A stretch of 64,000 bases of DNA from assembly GCA_037305845.1 (NCBI GenBank), contig CP147778.1, positions 3,136,001-3,200,000 of the forward strand, given 5' to 3'. The notes beneath the pieces were generated by a model. The model searched no databases. It was not told the origin of the DNA and saw nothing but the letters and a program-made list of their open reading frames with translations. This DNA is from Candidatus Freyarchaeum deiterrae. Its GTDB lineage: Archaea > Asgardarchaeota > Jordiarchaeia > Jordiarchaeales > Jordiarchaeaceae. Positions within the stretch are counted from its first letter, which is position 1. Every line of letters starts with the position of its first letter. Shown here in pieces: positions 1-10,993 of the stretch. The translations under genes and the position numbers were made by a program.

Positions 1-1
1 T

Positions 2-619
2 GGCGTAATACTAATTTGGTTCGGTCCTAACCTAGAAATAGCAGCAGCGAAGCCAGCGAAACCAGTAAAGAGAGAAGTAGCAGCGAAAAAAGTAAAGCCG
101 GCGAAGAAAAAGGTAGCAGCAAAACCAGTAAAGCCAGTAAGGAAGAAAGTAGCAGCGAAACCCGCCAAGGAAGAAGAGGAAGAGAAAGAAGAAGTTGACT
201 TGTCTTTAGTGGAAAAATTGCCAGTTATAAAAATAGAGGGAATCGGCCCGATATACTCTGAGAAACTTAATACAGCAGGAATTAAAACAATGCGAGAATT
301 AATGAAAGCTGGACGAAAAGCCGGTGGAAGAGAAGAACTAGCCCAAAAAACAGGCATCTCCAAAAAACTCATCTTAGAATGGATTAGAGACGCAGACTTT
401 TCTAGAATAAAAGGGGTCTCTGTTGAATACTCTGACCTGCTCGATGAGGCGGATGTTAAAGATGTAGTGGATCTAGCGAAAAGAAACGCTTACACTCTAC
501 ACCCTATGTTACTGGAGACAGCTAAGAGAAAGAGAATTGTACGAAGAATACCGGGCCTAAACGAAGTATCCAAATGGATTGATCAAGCTAAGCAATTACC
601 AAAATTAATAGAATACTAA
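2..619 (+). CDS. DUF4332-family (HhH-like) protein with Lys/Ala/Pro-rich linker; 5'-truncated by the window edge
   Basis: The frame is open from base 2 (GVILIWFGPNLEIAAAKPAKPVKREVAAKKVKPAKKK...EEEEEKEEVD) into the track ORF 200..619, which has IEGIGPIYSEKL..AGI and DFSRIKGVSVEYSDLL motifs typical of DUF4332. Confidence 0.8.
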   Translation, partial: GVILIWFGPNLEIAAAKPAKPVKREVAAKKVKPAKKKVAAKPVKPVRKKVAAKPAKEEEEEKEEVDLSLVEKLPVIKIEGIGPIYSEKLNTAGIKTMRELMKAGRKAGGREELAQKTGISKKLILEWIRDADFSRIKGVSVEYSDLLDEADVKDVVDLAKRNAYTLHPMLLETAKRKRIVRRIPGLNEVSKWIDQAKQLPKLIEY

Positions 620-823
620 ACCGATTCGTCTTTGTTTAAGTTTTTAAAACACTTCAAAAAATTAAATTCCTTTCTTTTTTTGTATAACCAAGTTTCTAGT
701 TCTGGTTTAAATATTGAAGGAAGTGTGATTCTGTAGCCCCTTCAATAGTCTGTCACCTGATAGATTCAAAGTACAGGGATAATTCGTTTTTCTTTTTTAA
801 AGGATGCCTCAGAGACATTATTT

Positions 824-1255
824 TTAGCCGCAGGCTCCTATGTCTTTCATGGAATAGAGATCGGTTGCCAGTTGGTCCAAATCTAGGGGTGTTGCGTTGT
901 ATTCCTTAAACATGTTGTAAATATCCCATTTGTTATTTTCATAGACTCTAGGGTAGAACCAGTATACTCCATAAGCCGAAAGTATGAAATTTGTGATTTC
1001 GTTTAAGGCTTCCAACAAATTCATCTTACATTCGATGTTGGGGCCATTTTTCTCCAAAATATTGTTAATCTGAGCATAAATGGGATCCGTCTTACTCTCG
1101 CTCTGCACGTAGTCGTAGTAGTAGCATCTCCTAGAGCAATAAATGTTGGAGTTATCCCTACACAAAATATAATTTTCATTTGGATCAATATATTTTCCGC
1201 ACAGATGGCAGGAAAAAACATTCGGCATATCCTCTGCTTTTCTCATTTTTATCAA
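824..1255 (-). CDS. Hypothetical protein with N-terminal TRASH/MYM-like Cys finger
   Basis: CHLCG...YCSRRC (CxxC...CxxxC) pattern. Confidence 0.55.
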   Translation of the reverse strand: MIKMRKAEDMPNVFSCHLCGKYIDPNENYILCRDNSNIYCSRRCYYYDYVQSESKTDPIYAQINNILEKNGPNIECKMNLLEALNEITNFILSAYGVYWFYPRVYENNKWDIYNMFKEYNATPLDLDQLATDLYSMKDIGACG

Positions 1256-1528
1256 CCTCTGCTCACTTGCTCAAATATTGTTGGTTAAGTAAAAATAAGG
1301 TAAAAATAATTTTTAAATATATTCAAAAATCGATTTCTCTTCCAAAAAAAGGCGCCTAAAAAGCAATAGATAGTTTTCCTTCGGTCTCTCCTTTTCTTCT
1401 TGAATTATTTGTGATTTCTGATTTTTTTGGTATAGAAAAATATATCTCTAAAATAGAGAAATATATCTTATATAGCTTCTTTATTAAAGCTTTTTCGCTG
1501 ATTTTTGATATCTTTGGGTGGTAAAATT

Positions 1529-3106
1529 ATGGAAAACTTGAGAATCACTAATACTGGCATTCCCTTCTTGGATTCACTTATGGGTGGTGGATTCCTATCA
1601 AATTCATCGATTGTATTTTCGCTGCAGTCAGGTGTTAAATTTTGGGAGTTTGTCCATAGAATAGCACATAAAAATTATGAAGAAAAATCTCACCTAATCG
1701 TAGTTCTCTATCACCTTTCTCAGCCGCAAGTCTTAGACCAGCTAAAATTTTCCCCGCAATCCGCCGAACATTACAAAGAAGCTATAAGGCGGCTTTCAAC
1801 TGAAATGGTCAGCACTATCGACTGTTTCAGCATACATGAAGGAGAAAAAAGGGATTCACAAAAGGGCAATGCCTACTACGTCTCTAATCCTTTTAACACA
1901 GATAGTCTTCTATCAGCGATGTCAAACGCAAGAAACAGTATACCCAAAGATAAATCTGTTTTCTGGATATTCTCCACCCTAACGGATATGAGTATAGGCC
2001 TCCCTGAGGACGAAGTATTAAAATTTTGCAGAAGAGTGTTTCGCTACCAAAAACAGAATGGAGACCTAGCAATCTACCTCTTGAACGAGTACGCTCATTC
2101 GGACAAATTTTTTGCCAAGATTTACCAGTTATCTGATGTTTTCATCAAGCTCATCGCCGAAGAAACCCCGTGGGGACTTGAGAACGGTATTCAGGTTATA
2201 AAGGGAGTTTTTCCCTTCCAATCAAAAAGGTTCTTTTATGACGTAAATGAAAAAGGAGAGATAATATTCAGAACCAGTAAAATGGATACTAAACCAGAGA
2301 TGCCCCCCATAACTTTTTCTACTACCAAGAATCTTGAAGGAGAGAGCTACAGCGGGGGGGAACATTCAAACCTTATAAGAACCGGAATACCAAAGTTGGA
2401 TTCGTTGTTAGGAGGCGGAATGTTAACGAATTCATTGGTCATTTTTTCCCATCAGTACGGTATCCGAATTATTGAACCCCTACATCACATTTTCCAAAAC
2501 GCTATTCGTGGAAAAACCCATGTAATTCAAATTTCTTATAATTTCTTACTTGAGGAATATTTAAGCCGTTTCAAACTATCGGAGCGACAAAATGAGCCCA
2601 TAAAAGAAGCCCTTGAAACCCTTTCACAGGGTAACGTAAGCTTTATTGACTGTCTCAACGTGCAGAAGGATGAAACCAACACTCAGGGACATAATGTTTA
2701 TCATCTCTCTAATCCCTTTGACGTGGATAAAATTTTATCATTAATGACAAAGGTTAGAGATAGTATTCCATCCGACAAGTCAGTTTTGTGGGTATTCTCC
2801 AGCTTAACGGACATGAGCATCGGTATTCCTGAAGATGAACTGTTAAAATTCTGCAGAAGAGCCTTCCGATACCATAAAAAGTGCGGAGACATCGCGATAT
2901 ACCTAATGGTCGAACAAGCTCACTCCGAAATATTTCATGCCAAGCTCTACATTCTTTCGGATGTTTTCATCAAATTTATCGTGGAAGATGTGCTTGAAGG
3001 AAAAAATACGCGTATTCAAATATTAAAGTCATCATTTAATTATGATTCCAAAAAGACAAAATACATACTGGATGAGAAAGGCAGAATCCAATTCTTGGAA
3101 GATTAA
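1529..3106 (+). CDS. Tandem-domain KaiC/RAD55-like RecA-fold protein, Walker motifs degenerate (paralogue 1)
   Basis: Two repeats starting TGIPxLDSLxGGG; Walker A positions read SLQSGVKF and SHQYGIRI; ATG at 1529 follows GGTGG and aligns with the paralogue starts. Confidence 0.8.
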   Translation: MENLRITNTGIPFLDSLMGGGFLSNSSIVFSLQSGVKFWEFVHRIAHKNYEEKSHLIVVLYHLSQPQVLDQLKFSPQSAEHYKEAIRRLSTEMVSTIDCFSIHEGEKRDSQKGNAYYVSNPFNTDSLLSAMSNARNSIPKDKSVFWIFSTLTDMSIGLPEDEVLKFCRRVFRYQKQNGDLAIYLLNEYAHSDKFFAKIYQLSDVFIKLIAEETPWGLENGIQVIKGVFPFQSKRFFYDVNEKGEIIFRTSKMDTKPEMPPITFSTTKNLEGESYSGGEHSNLIRTGIPKLDSLLGGGMLTNSLVIFSHQYGIRIIEPLHHIFQNAIRGKTHVIQISYNFLLEEYLSRFKLSERQNEPIKEALETLSQGNVSFIDCLNVQKDETNTQGHNVYHLSNPFDVDKILSLMTKVRDSIPSDKSVLWVFSSLTDMSIGIPEDELLKFCRRAFRYHKKCGDIAIYLMVEQAHSEIFHAKLYILSDVFIKFIVEDVLEGKNTRIQILKSSFNYDSKKTKYILDEKGRIQFLED

Positions 3107-3417
3107 CATAAAATAAGCAAAAAATCCAGCCTTTAGGTAAAGAATATATCCTAAAGAAGGTAAATTATCTATTAAGTAAATAATTCATAATGATGCAATA
3201 GTAACTGAAAACAGGATTAGAAATTGAACAAAAATCCAAAAATGTAAAAAAACCAACCCCTACAAGTCGAGGGATTAAATCATCACGATTCATATGAATA
3301 ACAGTTTCATAATATTCACTCGGCTTAGCACGCCGTGCTGTGCTGTTTACATCAATTTGCATTTTGAAAGTGTTCAAATAACCAAAAAGGATTTGAGGCA
3401 AAAATTAGTCAAGTGAG

Positions 3418-3807
3418 GTGAAAAAATTGAGAATGATTGTAGTATTTGACAATGAGAGAGTGAGGAATGCAATCACCTCAACTGTGATATTGGAAAAGAA
3501 GGTAGCCTTAAACATAATAACCGCGAATATCGATGAAAAAGGCGGCGAAATGCTGATAGAGGCACCTGATGATAAAGCATCCGAGCTAGCTGAGGCATTT
3601 AAAGAAAAAGGAGCTAAAGTCGAAACAAGAAAGTTCGTAGCACTCACACACAAATGTATGTTCTGCGGGGATTGCCTTCTCGTTTGCCCTGTGGACGCAA
3701 TAGTATTCGACGATGAACACAGGATAGCTATAAATCAAGATGAGTGTATCGGCTGCCTTCGATGCGTTGACAAGTGTCCATCTGGAGCCATCATCAAAAT
3801 AGGTTAA
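3418..3807 (+). CDS. NIL-domain plus 2x[4Fe-4S] ferredoxin protein
   Basis: NIITANI motif; CMFCGDCLLVCP and CIGCLRCVDKCP. Confidence 0.85.
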   Translation: MKKLRMIVVFDNERVRNAITSTVILEKKVALNIITANIDEKGGEMLIEAPDDKASELAEAFKEKGAKVETRKFVALTHKCMFCGDCLLVCPVDAIVFDDEHRIAINQDECIGCLRCVDKCPSGAIIKIG

Positions 3808-3975
3808 AAAGAATATTTTTTTAATTTCCTCCTCTAATTTTTCTATTTTTGTAAAATTATTTATGAATCTTAGTGGTTTTTGGGCTTAGATAAGAAAGAT
3901 ATGTTTATTACTCTACTTTTTTTATGATAAATTGAGCGTTTAAAATTATTTGATTATGATGTAAGGGCGTCAAAC

Positions 3976-4458
3976 ATGTCAGCGAAATCTATTGATGAGA
4001 TAATGATTGAATTGAAAAAGCAGTATGATAGAAGCAAGCACAAAGAGTTGTGGAGGGTCTTAACCGGCAGAAATCCCAAGGACAATTATGATACGTTTAT
4101 CACCACGGACAAAGACGTGTGGCAGATAAAATCCGAGTTTGTCGGTTCCGGTCAGGCGGTGGGCGTAGGCTCCAATGTTCGGAGAATCGACGATGAGATA
4201 AGAAGGGTAGTGAATCAGGGAACACCAGTACCATTTGGAATGCTGATCCCCCAAAACAGAGACCTAGCCATCATACTTGCGGGAATCCAGAATTACTCTT
4301 CGGAATCTGTGGACAAATTGGCAAGGCATCATGTTTCAGACAAGCAGCCAGAATTGGAAGAAAAGCTGGACGAAGAACTGGAAAAACTTTTGCAGAATCC
4401 GGATTTCAAAAAAGAGTACGAGAGACACAAAGACCGCTCGCAAAGACTTTACGGTTAA
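3976..4458 (+). CDS. Hypothetical protein
   Basis: 160-aa ATG ORF with coding-like composition; no motif assigned. Confidence 0.7.
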   Translation: MSAKSIDEIMIELKKQYDRSKHKELWRVLTGRNPKDNYDTFITTDKDVWQIKSEFVGSGQAVGVGSNVRRIDDEIRRVVNQGTPVPFGMLIPQNRDLAIILAGIQNYSSESVDKLARHHVSDKQPELEEKLDEELEKLLQNPDFKKEYERHKDRSQRLYG

Positions 4459-4548
4459 GTAAAGAGAAGATAAAAAAATTACTTAAGAGGGGGAAATTAA
4501 CAACTTCTAATTGGCAAAGTAATACAATCAAAACTCGGAGTTCTGCGT

Positions 4549-5079
4549 ATGAGAACATTGGATGAAATTGACAAAGAGGAAATAAAAGATTATCTAGGGA
4601 AGGGCTGGCTAACTCATGACGGAATGTGGTTTTATAGTGTTTACAAGGAATTTGGAATATATGTTGCAAATAGGTTAAATAAAGAGGCAATAAAATCAAA
4701 TTCATACTTTGAAGTCGAAAGAGCCAAAAGAGTATTCGGTATTGAAGACAAAAATATCGATTCATTTGAAGAATTGACAGAATTTCTACAAAAAATATTA
4801 GAATTGATAGTACCTCATTCAATTTTTAGTAAAATTCACATGAGCATACCTTCAAAAAATATTGTTCATTGGGAATGGGAAAATAAAGAATGCTTCGCGT
4901 TTAAAGGCATGGAAAGGTTGGGAATAGTAGACCAATACAAATGTGGGGTAATTTACAGAATTGAATGCTGGTTTAACGTTCTAGGAATAAAATATACCTC
5001 AAATCCAAAAATTGATAATTGTTTAATGGCTGAAAATGGGACGTGTTCTGGAGATTTCACTTTTTATTTCAATGTTTAA
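4549..5079 (+). CDS. DUF6125-family protein (V4R/H-NOX-like fold, Cys-containing C-terminus)
   Basis: WLTHDGMWF motif; Cys in ECFAF, YKCG, NCL, TCSG. Confidence 0.7.
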   Translation: MRTLDEIDKEEIKDYLGKGWLTHDGMWFYSVYKEFGIYVANRLNKEAIKSNSYFEVERAKRVFGIEDKNIDSFEELTEFLQKILELIVPHSIFSKIHMSIPSKNIVHWEWENKECFAFKGMERLGIVDQYKCGVIYRIECWFNVLGIKYTSNPKIDNCLMAENGTCSGDFTFYFNV

Positions 5080-5248
5080 AATGCTACGCTTATGATAGGT
5101 TACTTATATGAAATTCAGGTTCACTAACAAATCTAAAAGAAGTTTGGGTAATTTTTTACCAGTTCAAAAACACATTGAATCAGCAGATTGATTTTTAAAA
5201 GCTTGCCACAGGCAAATAAAATAAATAGAGAGAAAAATAGTTGAAAAT

Positions 5249-6841
5249 TTAGCCTTCAATTATTCTTCTCATTGCTTCTTTTTCAGTCTCTTCTATGAGT
5301 GGAATTCCTGTTATGTTTCTAGCTCGTTCCGTTAGTGAGGCTATGTCGTGTCTGTTTATCAGGTTCAGCTTCCATTTTCTCACACCAGCCATCAACTGTT
5401 TTAATCCTACCGCTATTTTGTCAGAGTAGAAGCTGTACAGCCCTATTGCACCTGGGGGTAATGTCTCATAGTCTTTACCGAATCTCTCGCGAAGCTCGGT
5501 GCTGCACACAAAGAACTTATTCGGCTCATCGCCATACTGGACTACAAAATCTGGCGGTAGTGAGTCTTCCTTGGCAAGTGTCGTGAAGTAGGAGGCTTTC
5601 ATAACTGCGGTGATGGGAGCTCTAGCCATAGCAATCGATTTCACGAAAGGTTGACTATCAAAATTACCAAGCGCAATGGATTTGAATATCTGAGTCTCAC
5701 TAGTGAAGCCGCCCGCCATAACAATATCCGGTATGTACATGTTACTCTCTTTCAACATATTAACGCATTCTAAAACCTGCGCTTCCAGGAAAACTGTCGG
5801 TGTGGCACACTCCATCATCATTGGAACGGGGCTCATGCCGGTTCCACCACCTGCACCATCAAAAGTGACCGCGTCAATCTTAGCCTCCGAAGCACATCTC
5901 AAAGTGAAAGCAACAACGGCTGGCTTATAAGCACCCGTTTTCAAAAATACATGTTTTGCGCCCTGCCCTCGTAGCTGGTCTATGTCCTCTAGAAAGTTTT
6001 TCTCCACAGGCATCCCTACTCTGCTGTGACGCTCAAAGGACTTGAAGGTCCCCTGCTTAAATGCCTCTATAACATTTGGATCCTCAGGATCTGGAATAAC
6101 TATGTAACCCCTGTCCTTAAGCATCTTGGCATGGTCAATATCAGTTATTCTGACCTCACCACCCAGAGCTTTTGCGCCCTGTCCCCACTTTCTTTCGATA
6201 ATGTTGACTTCCAGTTTTGATAGAGCGTATGTATCTACGCCTAATCTTTGATCCTCGACGTTGGTTTGTACAACGATGTCTCCATATTGTCCGTCCCAAA
6301 ACTCTCTGTAAGATTCAACCCTGTTGTTCATATCAGGAGAGTTTGTAACCATTCCACCGGTGAACTCTGCATCCATATCCATTCCACAAACATTTTCGCC
6401 TATTACCTGCATAGTTCCGGATATCGCCGCGCCTATGGCTAAGCCTTTCCAATTATACTTGGCTACGTAGGTTGAACCTAGTCCCGCTGTGAAGACTGGA
6501 ACTTTGAGTTTGACCCCACCGACGGAGGTTCCAATATCTACAGCAGGAAAGATTGCTTTATCGGAATCGGGCTCTATACCATGTGCTCCAATAACATCCA
6601 CCATTATTTGGTAGTCGGACCAATCGACCACGTAATACTTGTTGGATGCGGCAGTGCTCATTCCGTACTGTTCCGGGAGCGGATAGAGCGCTTCTCTTCC
6701 CCTAAAAGCAGCCTTTCCAACCTCACAGAGAGATCTACACTCATAGACACAAATGGGGCACATTCCACTAGTTGGGGATACATCCTTAACTCTGGTCTTG
6801 GCTCCAAGAATTGACTTTTCACTATGGCTTCCTTCTGGCAT
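5249..6841 (-). CDS. FMN-binding glutamate synthase family protein (archaeal type)
   Basis: SGMCPIC..C...CEVG, KWGQGAKALGGE, LKTGAY, DGAGGGTGMSP motifs. Confidence 0.9.
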   Translation of the reverse strand: MPEGSHSEKSILGAKTRVKDVSPTSGMCPICVYECRSLCEVGKAAFRGREALYPLPEQYGMSTAASNKYYVVDWSDYQIMVDVIGAHGIEPDSDKAIFPAVDIGTSVGGVKLKVPVFTAGLGSTYVAKYNWKGLAIGAAISGTMQVIGENVCGMDMDAEFTGGMVTNSPDMNNRVESYREFWDGQYGDIVVQTNVEDQRLGVDTYALSKLEVNIIERKWGQGAKALGGEVRITDIDHAKMLKDRGYIVIPDPEDPNVIEAFKQGTFKSFERHSRVGMPVEKNFLEDIDQLRGQGAKHVFLKTGAYKPAVVAFTLRCASEAKIDAVTFDGAGGGTGMSPVPMMMECATPTVFLEAQVLECVNMLKESNMYIPDIVMAGGFTSETQIFKSIALGNFDSQPFVKSIAMARAPITAVMKASYFTTLAKEDSLPPDFVVQYGDEPNKFFVCSTELRERFGKDYETLPPGAIGLYSFYSDKIAVGLKQLMAGVRKWKLNLINRHDIASLTERARNITGIPLIEETEKEAMRRIIEG

Positions 6842-7290
6842 TTTTGATACCTCTTTTTTAAATTTTTATTACCCGAACCCAAGATGTGGGAACTGGTTTC
6901 TAGATTCCTCCATTATTGCTTGAATATTACTCCAAGTAATAAATTGCTTTTTCTTTATTACAATTATTTCTTGTAAAGGAAAGAAATGAGAATTTAAATT
7001 TTTTGCAAAGTTTTTTATTACCTTTTGACAAGCTGGGATTTGTCAGTCGCGTTAATAAGGAATTGGTTGGTTTCCCCCAAGAAGCAGACTTCCCATATGA
7101 GCGCCTCACACAGTTTAAGCAGAGTAAGCAAGGAACTCCAAATTTTTTGAGGTTAAGAGCAAAATCAGCTAGTTCGCATCAATGTATCTATAGTGGGTAC
7201 TGTTATTTTCGTTTGCGAAAAAAGGCTTTAATGCCCAAAAAATAAATATTTCATATTTCATACGCTTCATATTTCTCTGGAGGTTTATGT

Positions 7291-8067
7291 TTGAAAACCT
7301 ATATTATTGCAGTGGGCGACGAGCTGTTAAACGGCAAAACCCTAGATTACAATAGCCACTGGATAGCAAAGAGGCTCACCGGCCTCGGATTTGAGGTCTC
7401 GGGCATAAGTGTGGTGCCCGACAGTTTAGAGGAGATAGGTGAGGTTGTTAAAAGGTATTTGGAGAAAGGTGCTGAGCTTATTGTTATTACTGGGGGTTTG
7501 GGTCCCACTCCCGGAGATATAACTTTAGAGGCGATCTCAAAGGCTCTCGGGAGAAGGATGAGTGTTGAGCCTAGAGCTCTGGAGATTGTTAGAGATAAAT
7601 ACAGTCAGTTCTTTGAAGTAGGGCATGTTTCTAGCCCTACTATAACGGAGGATAGGAAGAAGATGGCGGTTCTACCGGAGAATAGTATTCCTATTTTTAA
7701 TGTAGTGGGCGTAGCCCCAGGAGTCTTCTTAAAACAAGACTCGGCGAGTATTCTGGTTTTGCCAGGGGTTCCATCGGAGATGATGTATCTTCTCGAAATG
7801 GCGATTCCCTTCTTATCCGAGAAAACAACAGGAGTTTTTAGGACAGCGGAAATGGTAGTGGATGTTGGTGATGAATCTACACTCGCCCCACTTCTCAGAA
7901 AAGTTATGGAAAAGTTTCCAACAGTTTCAATAAAGTCATATCCTTCGGGTTTTGGGGACCGAGTTAGAATGAGGATTATCGCCTCCACAAAAGCCGACGA
8001 TGCTAAGGAAGGAGATAAAATTCTGAGCAAAGCCCTAGAGCTAATGAAAAATCTCATTAAAAAATAG
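7291..8067 (+). CDS. CinA-like protein (molybdopterin-binding N-domain plus KH-like domain)
   Basis: VGDELLNG..LDYNS, ITGGLGPT..DIT, LPGVPSEM motifs. Confidence 0.88.
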   Translation: MKTYIIAVGDELLNGKTLDYNSHWIAKRLTGLGFEVSGISVVPDSLEEIGEVVKRYLEKGAELIVITGGLGPTPGDITLEAISKALGRRMSVEPRALEIVRDKYSQFFEVGHVSSPTITEDRKKMAVLPENSIPIFNVVGVAPGVFLKQDSASILVLPGVPSEMMYLLEMAIPFLSEKTTGVFRTAEMVVDVGDESTLAPLLRKVMEKFPTVSIKSYPSGFGDRVRMRIIASTKADDAKEGDKILSKALELMKNLIKK

Positions 8068-8487
8068 GATTGCTCAAACAAAAAGTTGGGTAAAATAACC
8101 TCCCAATTTTTTCCAACATTCAAGCTTTACAATACATTCCAAACAGTTATGCATCACAGTCTTTGTGAAATAGGGCATGTAACTGTTGAAGGAAAAAGTG
8201 TATAAACATATATTTTCCTGTAATGCAAAGTTCTCGACGCAAGTAGAAGCAGCAAAAGAGCAAGAGGGAGAAGAAACCCCCTACATACATATGTACCTTT
8301 AAACGACTATTTTTTCCAGATTAAACTTAAATTTCGTACTACGACTTTTTAAAATAAAACCCTCTCAAGAAGAACTTGCGAAGGAAACTGTTTCCATCCA
8401 TCGTAGCAAGCTTACCCCCCCTCTCAGCAGGCTCTACGACACACATATACACCCCAAACAAGACCAAAAAGTGGTGGAAAAAAGGAA

Positions 8488-8577
8488 ATGAACAGTAACC
8501 ATAAATGGGGCTCCAGCGGCGAGAAACGCACCATCACCTGGGAGTATGAACCATCGCCAGAACTCCTGCAGTACCTA
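8488..8577 (+). pseudogene. Probable detached 5' end of the tnpB gene found at 18811-19995
   Basis: Reads MNSNHKWGSSGEKRTITWEYEPSPELLQYL, which joins in frame to KDMQEALRYAL on the minus strand from 19995 and resembles the strand-Pro-helix N-terminus of TnpB; locally GC-richer than the flank. Confidence 0.65.
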
Positions 8578-8667
8578 ATACAAAAAAGTCTTTCCAATTA
8601 ATTTATTAATGACAATAACCAACTTATAGAAAAGTATTGAAAAAATACTTTTTTGGAGGGTTTTTCC

Positions 8668-9840
8668 TTGTTAGGCGATTTGAATATTGATAGAGTTAAT
8701 CAGCTAATAAGTAAAGTTAGTGATGTTTCAACCAGACTTCTTTCTGAAAGAGCAATTGTGGAATCAAAGCTGTTCAACGTGACTGCTTACAATGGTTTAG
8801 CTTGTTTCCAGCTTTACAACGGATACCAGTACAAGATAATGAAAGAACTAGCCAAGCACATCGACCCAGCCGAAATAGGGAGAAAATGCAAAACACTGGC
8901 AATGATACCAAACGCTCTGGGCATGTGGGCTTTTATAGGGCTGTACATGCTAGGGAGAATGCAAACACTCCACGATCTGGGAGGCCCTCAAAATGAACCA
9001 GAGGAGAGGAGAGAAGAGGGAAAATTCATACTCGATTTTTGGCAGAGAATGGCTAGCGCATACTATGACGGATTCCTATTCGCTGATGATAACGGTTTCA
9101 GGATCCCAGTATTGCCGGGTTCCATACTGAACATGGTTAAGGAAAATCTCGTGGAGCTAGATAAAGATAAGATTCCCAAATTGAAGAGAACCATGGCTCA
9201 GGTGCAATTGACGGAGTTCCTATACTACTGTGAGTGTAGGGCTTCCATACACGAGATGGGGCCTTACAAGATAAGTGATGACGAGATACTTCTGTTCAGA
9301 GAGTTCTCACCCCTATGGGATGGAACCAATCTTAAATTTGAATGGGGCAACTTGGAAGCAAAGTCTCCGCTACCGAATATCTCCATAGCTTTAACTCTCA
9401 AGGGAATAGACTCAGTTGATTTCACAGACTATGGAACGATGTTCGTCAAACCCGAAGATTACACCAACAACATCCGAAAAGTTGCAATGTTCACCCGAAG
9501 AGGCGACAAGATAGAACCCGTGGGATTGGATATACTTGAACCCTTAAACCAGTTTGCAACGGATGCCCAAACGGAGCTCTACCTCAAATTCGCGGAGTGG
9601 CCCGAGGACATGAAGGTTCTCTCGGGAGCAGAGGTTTTCGCGAAATACCTTTTCACTTTCACAGACATCGCAGGCATAACAAACAAATTCAAACTAGGCA
9701 TAAATGATGAAACCAAGAAAAAATGGTTCCCAAAAATAATGACTGAGTGGAAAATAATGCATCCTTCCTGGGCACGAATCTTCAGACCCAAAGAAGAATG
9801 GAAAGTAGATCCAACATTCTACTGGATGGTAGAGAAATGA
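8668..9840 (+). CDS. Uncharacterised ~390-aa protein, paralogue A of 12320..13477
   Basis: Shares ESKLFxVTAY, FILDFWxR, CExRA and GPYKIS motifs with the 12320 ORF; TTG at 8668 follows GGAGG (track start 8653). Confidence 0.85.
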   Translation: MLGDLNIDRVNQLISKVSDVSTRLLSERAIVESKLFNVTAYNGLACFQLYNGYQYKIMKELAKHIDPAEIGRKCKTLAMIPNALGMWAFIGLYMLGRMQTLHDLGGPQNEPEERREEGKFILDFWQRMASAYYDGFLFADDNGFRIPVLPGSILNMVKENLVELDKDKIPKLKRTMAQVQLTEFLYYCECRASIHEMGPYKISDDEILLFREFSPLWDGTNLKFEWGNLEAKSPLPNISIALTLKGIDSVDFTDYGTMFVKPEDYTNNIRKVAMFTRRGDKIEPVGLDILEPLNQFATDAQTELYLKFAEWPEDMKVLSGAEVFAKYLFTFTDIAGITNKFKLGINDETKKKWFPKIMTEWKIMHPSWARIFRPKEEWKVDPTFYWMVEK

Positions 9841-10739
9841 ACGCGGAGAGAACGGTAAAAGACTCAGAGGAGCACCCACACGACTACCCCTCAAGATTGG
9901 ACTGGAAGGAATCATGGTACTTTACCTACATGGATCCGAGAAGCAAGATCTGTGGAATATTCTACATATCCACGTACCCAAATAACGGAAGGACAGATTA
10001 CCTCACGACCTATCTGATAGACGGAAAAGTTGACGGATACATGAACACTACCGGAGTGAGCGGGAAACTGAGTGATATAACTGACGGAAAATTAAAATTT
10101 GAATTAGTGAAGCCCAATAAGAAATGGAATGTTTTCTTGGAAACCGAGAAGTTCAATATGGACTTCAAATTCAATGGAAGGTTTCCTCCATTTCGCTTTG
10201 ACCCCAATAAAGCCTACGTCAAGGATGTTCTTGAACAGGAGCATTACGAGCAGAGTTGCAAGGTTAATGGAACAATAAGATTCTCCGATGGAACCTCTCT
10301 TGAGGTTGATTGCTATGGTCACCGGGACCACTCTTGGGGCTTAAGAGACTACTCCAAAATAACAAAATGGGACTGGATGCAAGCCCAATTCGACGACTAC
10401 GCTATGAACATAATACGATTAACGATAGGCAAGAAAACCGAAATCAGCGGCTTCGTCTCAAACAAGAAAGGAAACATCGAAATAGTAGACACGAAAATCG
10501 AAACCCAGTACATGGAAGACCAGAAAACACCTCGGACGTCAACATACCTAGCGATAGATGAGAATGGGCGGTCGAAAACAATTCAATCCAAGAAGATTTA
10601 TGGGATAGTTTATCCGCCATGTCAGTCTAAGGAAGGAATCCGCACAGACATTTACGAAAACTTTTCCGAGTTTGCAGTCAAAGGAGAAAAAGGGAAGGGT
10701 TACGGGATTTCAGAATATCTGTTAACGGTAAAAGTCTAA
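9837..10739 (+). CDS. CrtC/AttH/tocopherol-cyclase-like double beta-barrel protein
   Basis: WKESWYF, HYEQ and GHRDHSWG.R....WDW motifs; ATGA overlap with the upstream stop supports a start at 9837 (track start 9747). Confidence 0.7.
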   Translation: MNAERTVKDSEEHPHDYPSRLDWKESWYFTYMDPRSKICGIFYISTYPNNGRTDYLTTYLIDGKVDGYMNTTGVSGKLSDITDGKLKFELVKPNKKWNVFLETEKFNMDFKFNGRFPPFRFDPNKAYVKDVLEQEHYEQSCKVNGTIRFSDGTSLEVDCYGHRDHSWGLRDYSKITKWDWMQAQFDDYAMNIIRLTIGKKTEISGFVSNKKGNIEIVDTKIETQYMEDQKTPRTSTYLAIDENGRSKTIQSKKIYGIVYPPCQSKEGIRTDIYENFSEFAVKGEKGKGYGISEYLLTVKV

Positions 10740-10993
10740 ACTGAAGCGGATAAGGCTAAGCAGACAGCTTAAGGCCTCCACGAGTGGGAGCTACTACAAC
10801 TTGGACTTTGTTACCCGAAACGCCTAGAGGAAAAAATCGTAGTGTAGATAGGGATGTAAATTTTGTCAATCCCGAAAGGCACAATTCAATAAATCTGCTA
10901 TTGCAAGGATTAAGATAAATAATTTTTTAAACAAAATAGACATAAGCTTTAAATATAAGAAGCTCTCTATAAAATAGATAATAATCTCCCTTT

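Noticed and set aside
1529-3106. Bona fide circadian KaiC
   Set aside because: Walker motifs are absent and no kaiA/kaiB genes are present in the window.
7605-8123. 172-aa minus-strand ORF and similar antisense ORFs across the window (e.g. 25943-26521, 42247-42717)
   Set aside because: They overlap well-supported genes on the opposite strand and lack independent evidence.
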